From: Candidatus Levybacteria bacterium RIFCSPLOWO2_12_FULL_41_12
Lineage (GTDB): Bacteria > Patescibacteriota > Microgenomatia > Levybacterales > UBA12049
Length of the DNA stretch: 64,000 nt
Assembly (NCBI GenBank): GCA_001784155.1
Contig: MFPL01000007.1
Location: forward strand, 10,101-74,100
Direction: 5' to 3'
Below are positions 63,375-64,000 of the stretch, in pieces. The stretch's first letter is position 1. Every line of letters begins with the position of its first letter. The position numbers were made by a program, and so were the translations under genes. The notes below the pieces were generated by a model that saw nothing but the letters and a program-made list of their open reading frames with translations, was not told the DNA's origin and ran no database searches.

Positions 63375-64000
63375 GTGGTAAAAGACGCACCCTCACAAAC
63401 ACCAGATATTGTAGCATTAAATGCCTCGATTGCTGATATTCAAGCAAAATCTTCGGCCTATATAGAAAGTGCAAGCAAATACACTGTAGCAAGAGATGAG
63501 GTTAGTGGGTTAATGTTGGCACTCCACGACGAACACTCTCGACTTTGGCTTGCCCAACATGATTTGATAAACGAGAGAGAAAGACAGTTAAGAGCTCAGC
63601 TTGATTCGCAAGGCCTTGCTATCTGTTTGGTAGAAGGTGCCTCGGGCTGGGTAAACCCTCATACCAGATCTGACTCAATCTGGACTGCCTCATGGGATGA
63701 ACTAAACAAGCTAGGAGTTTTCCCCAAAGATCAGATGACCATGGTGTATAAAGAAGGCACCAGCCAGCGTAAGGTAGGCGGTGCATATGGCGGATTTGAG
63801 ACTTATAGGTACCACGACTTTCAAAGCTTTTGTCCGGAGCATGCGCCGGAACCAGAGAGGAAAAATTATAAAGATAGTGAGGATCAATCCATGTGGACCA
63901 GAGCTCAGCTAAAGGATGGTAAATATGTTAGAGAGGTTGATGGTGAAATAGTATATGATTCTCCCGATCAGGGAAAAGTCCAGCAAGCACTTTACGAACA
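63375..64000 (+). CDS. Hypothetical protein, 3'-truncated by window edge, GC-richer and Lys-poor relative to the window
   Basis: Open frame from stop TAG 63357..63359 to the window end (at least 208 codons). Candidate starts are GTG 63375 or ATG 63513 (preceded by GAGGTTAGTGGG). No recognisable domain. Confidence 0.45.
   Translation, partial: MVKDAPSQTPDIVALNASIADIQAKSSAYIESASKYTVARDEVSGLMLALHDEHSRLWLAQHDLINERERQLRAQLDSQGLAICLVEGASGWVNPHTRSDSIWTASWDELNKLGVFPKDQMTMVYKEGTSQRKVGGAYGGFETYRYHDFQSFCPEHAPEPERKNYKDSEDQSMWTRAQLKDGKYVREVDGEIVYDSPDQGKVQQALYE

Noticed and set aside
1-64000. Search for rRNA, tRNA, CRISPR arrays, IS elements and integrases.
   Set aside because: No cloverleaf-compatible intergenic segment exists; the longest spacers are 142 and 176 bp and contain promoter-like AT-rich sequence, not GTTC-type T-arms. 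No direct-repeat/spacer periodicity was seen. No DDE transposase or tyrosine-recombinase motifs appear in any ORF.

Overview
AT-rich (~33-35 % GC) bacterial window with weak or absent Shine-Dalgarno sites and very short intergenic spacers; these traits are compatible with a CPR/Patescibacteria-like or other small low-GC genome, which the sequence alone cannot confirm. Almost the whole window (1 to ~59.2 kb) is one giant cell-surface glycan biosynthesis/glycosylation island; the last ~5 kb are housekeeping genes (recO, glycyl-tRNA synthetase, IMPDH-family enzyme, msrA). No rRNA, tRNA, CRISPR, transposase or integrase was recognised.

The island encodes about 17 Leloir-type glycosyltransferases, including GT2, GT4 and one GT10 fucosyltransferase-like enzyme. 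It also encodes three DPM1/GtrB-like polyprenyl-phosphate glycosyltransferases and at least eight large polytopic membrane proteins of the GT-C (PMT/ArnT/AftD-like) type. Two of these GT-C proteins carry C-terminal F5/8 type C (discoidin) carbohydrate-binding domains, and one is fused to an O-antigen-ligase-like half.

Sugar-nucleotide pathways present are rfbF-rfbG-epimerase-reductase (CDP-6-deoxyhexose), GDP-L-fucose synthase, manC, a DegT-family aminotransferase and an RmlD-like reductase. There are five SAM methyltransferases, a hexapeptide acetyltransferase, a GMC oxidoreductase, a PglC-like initiating phosphoglycosyltransferase, and two split transketolase pairs in an inverted-duplicated cassette, one with a truncated C-terminal subunit.

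Features worth a second look are a G8 homopolymer inside a GT-C gene (possible phase variation) and a GT4 N-terminal fragment followed by a four-helix-bundle ('23S rRNA IVS') gene. There is also an AP-superfamily / HAD-like / PAPS-reductase-like trio. A compositionally foreign, acidic, Lys-poor ORF with its own near-consensus leaderless promoter sits inside the island. A second GC-richer partial ORF lies at the 3' end. Several sigma70-like promoters abut their start codons.

All calls come from motif-level reading of the translations and DNA by eye. No database search was run.
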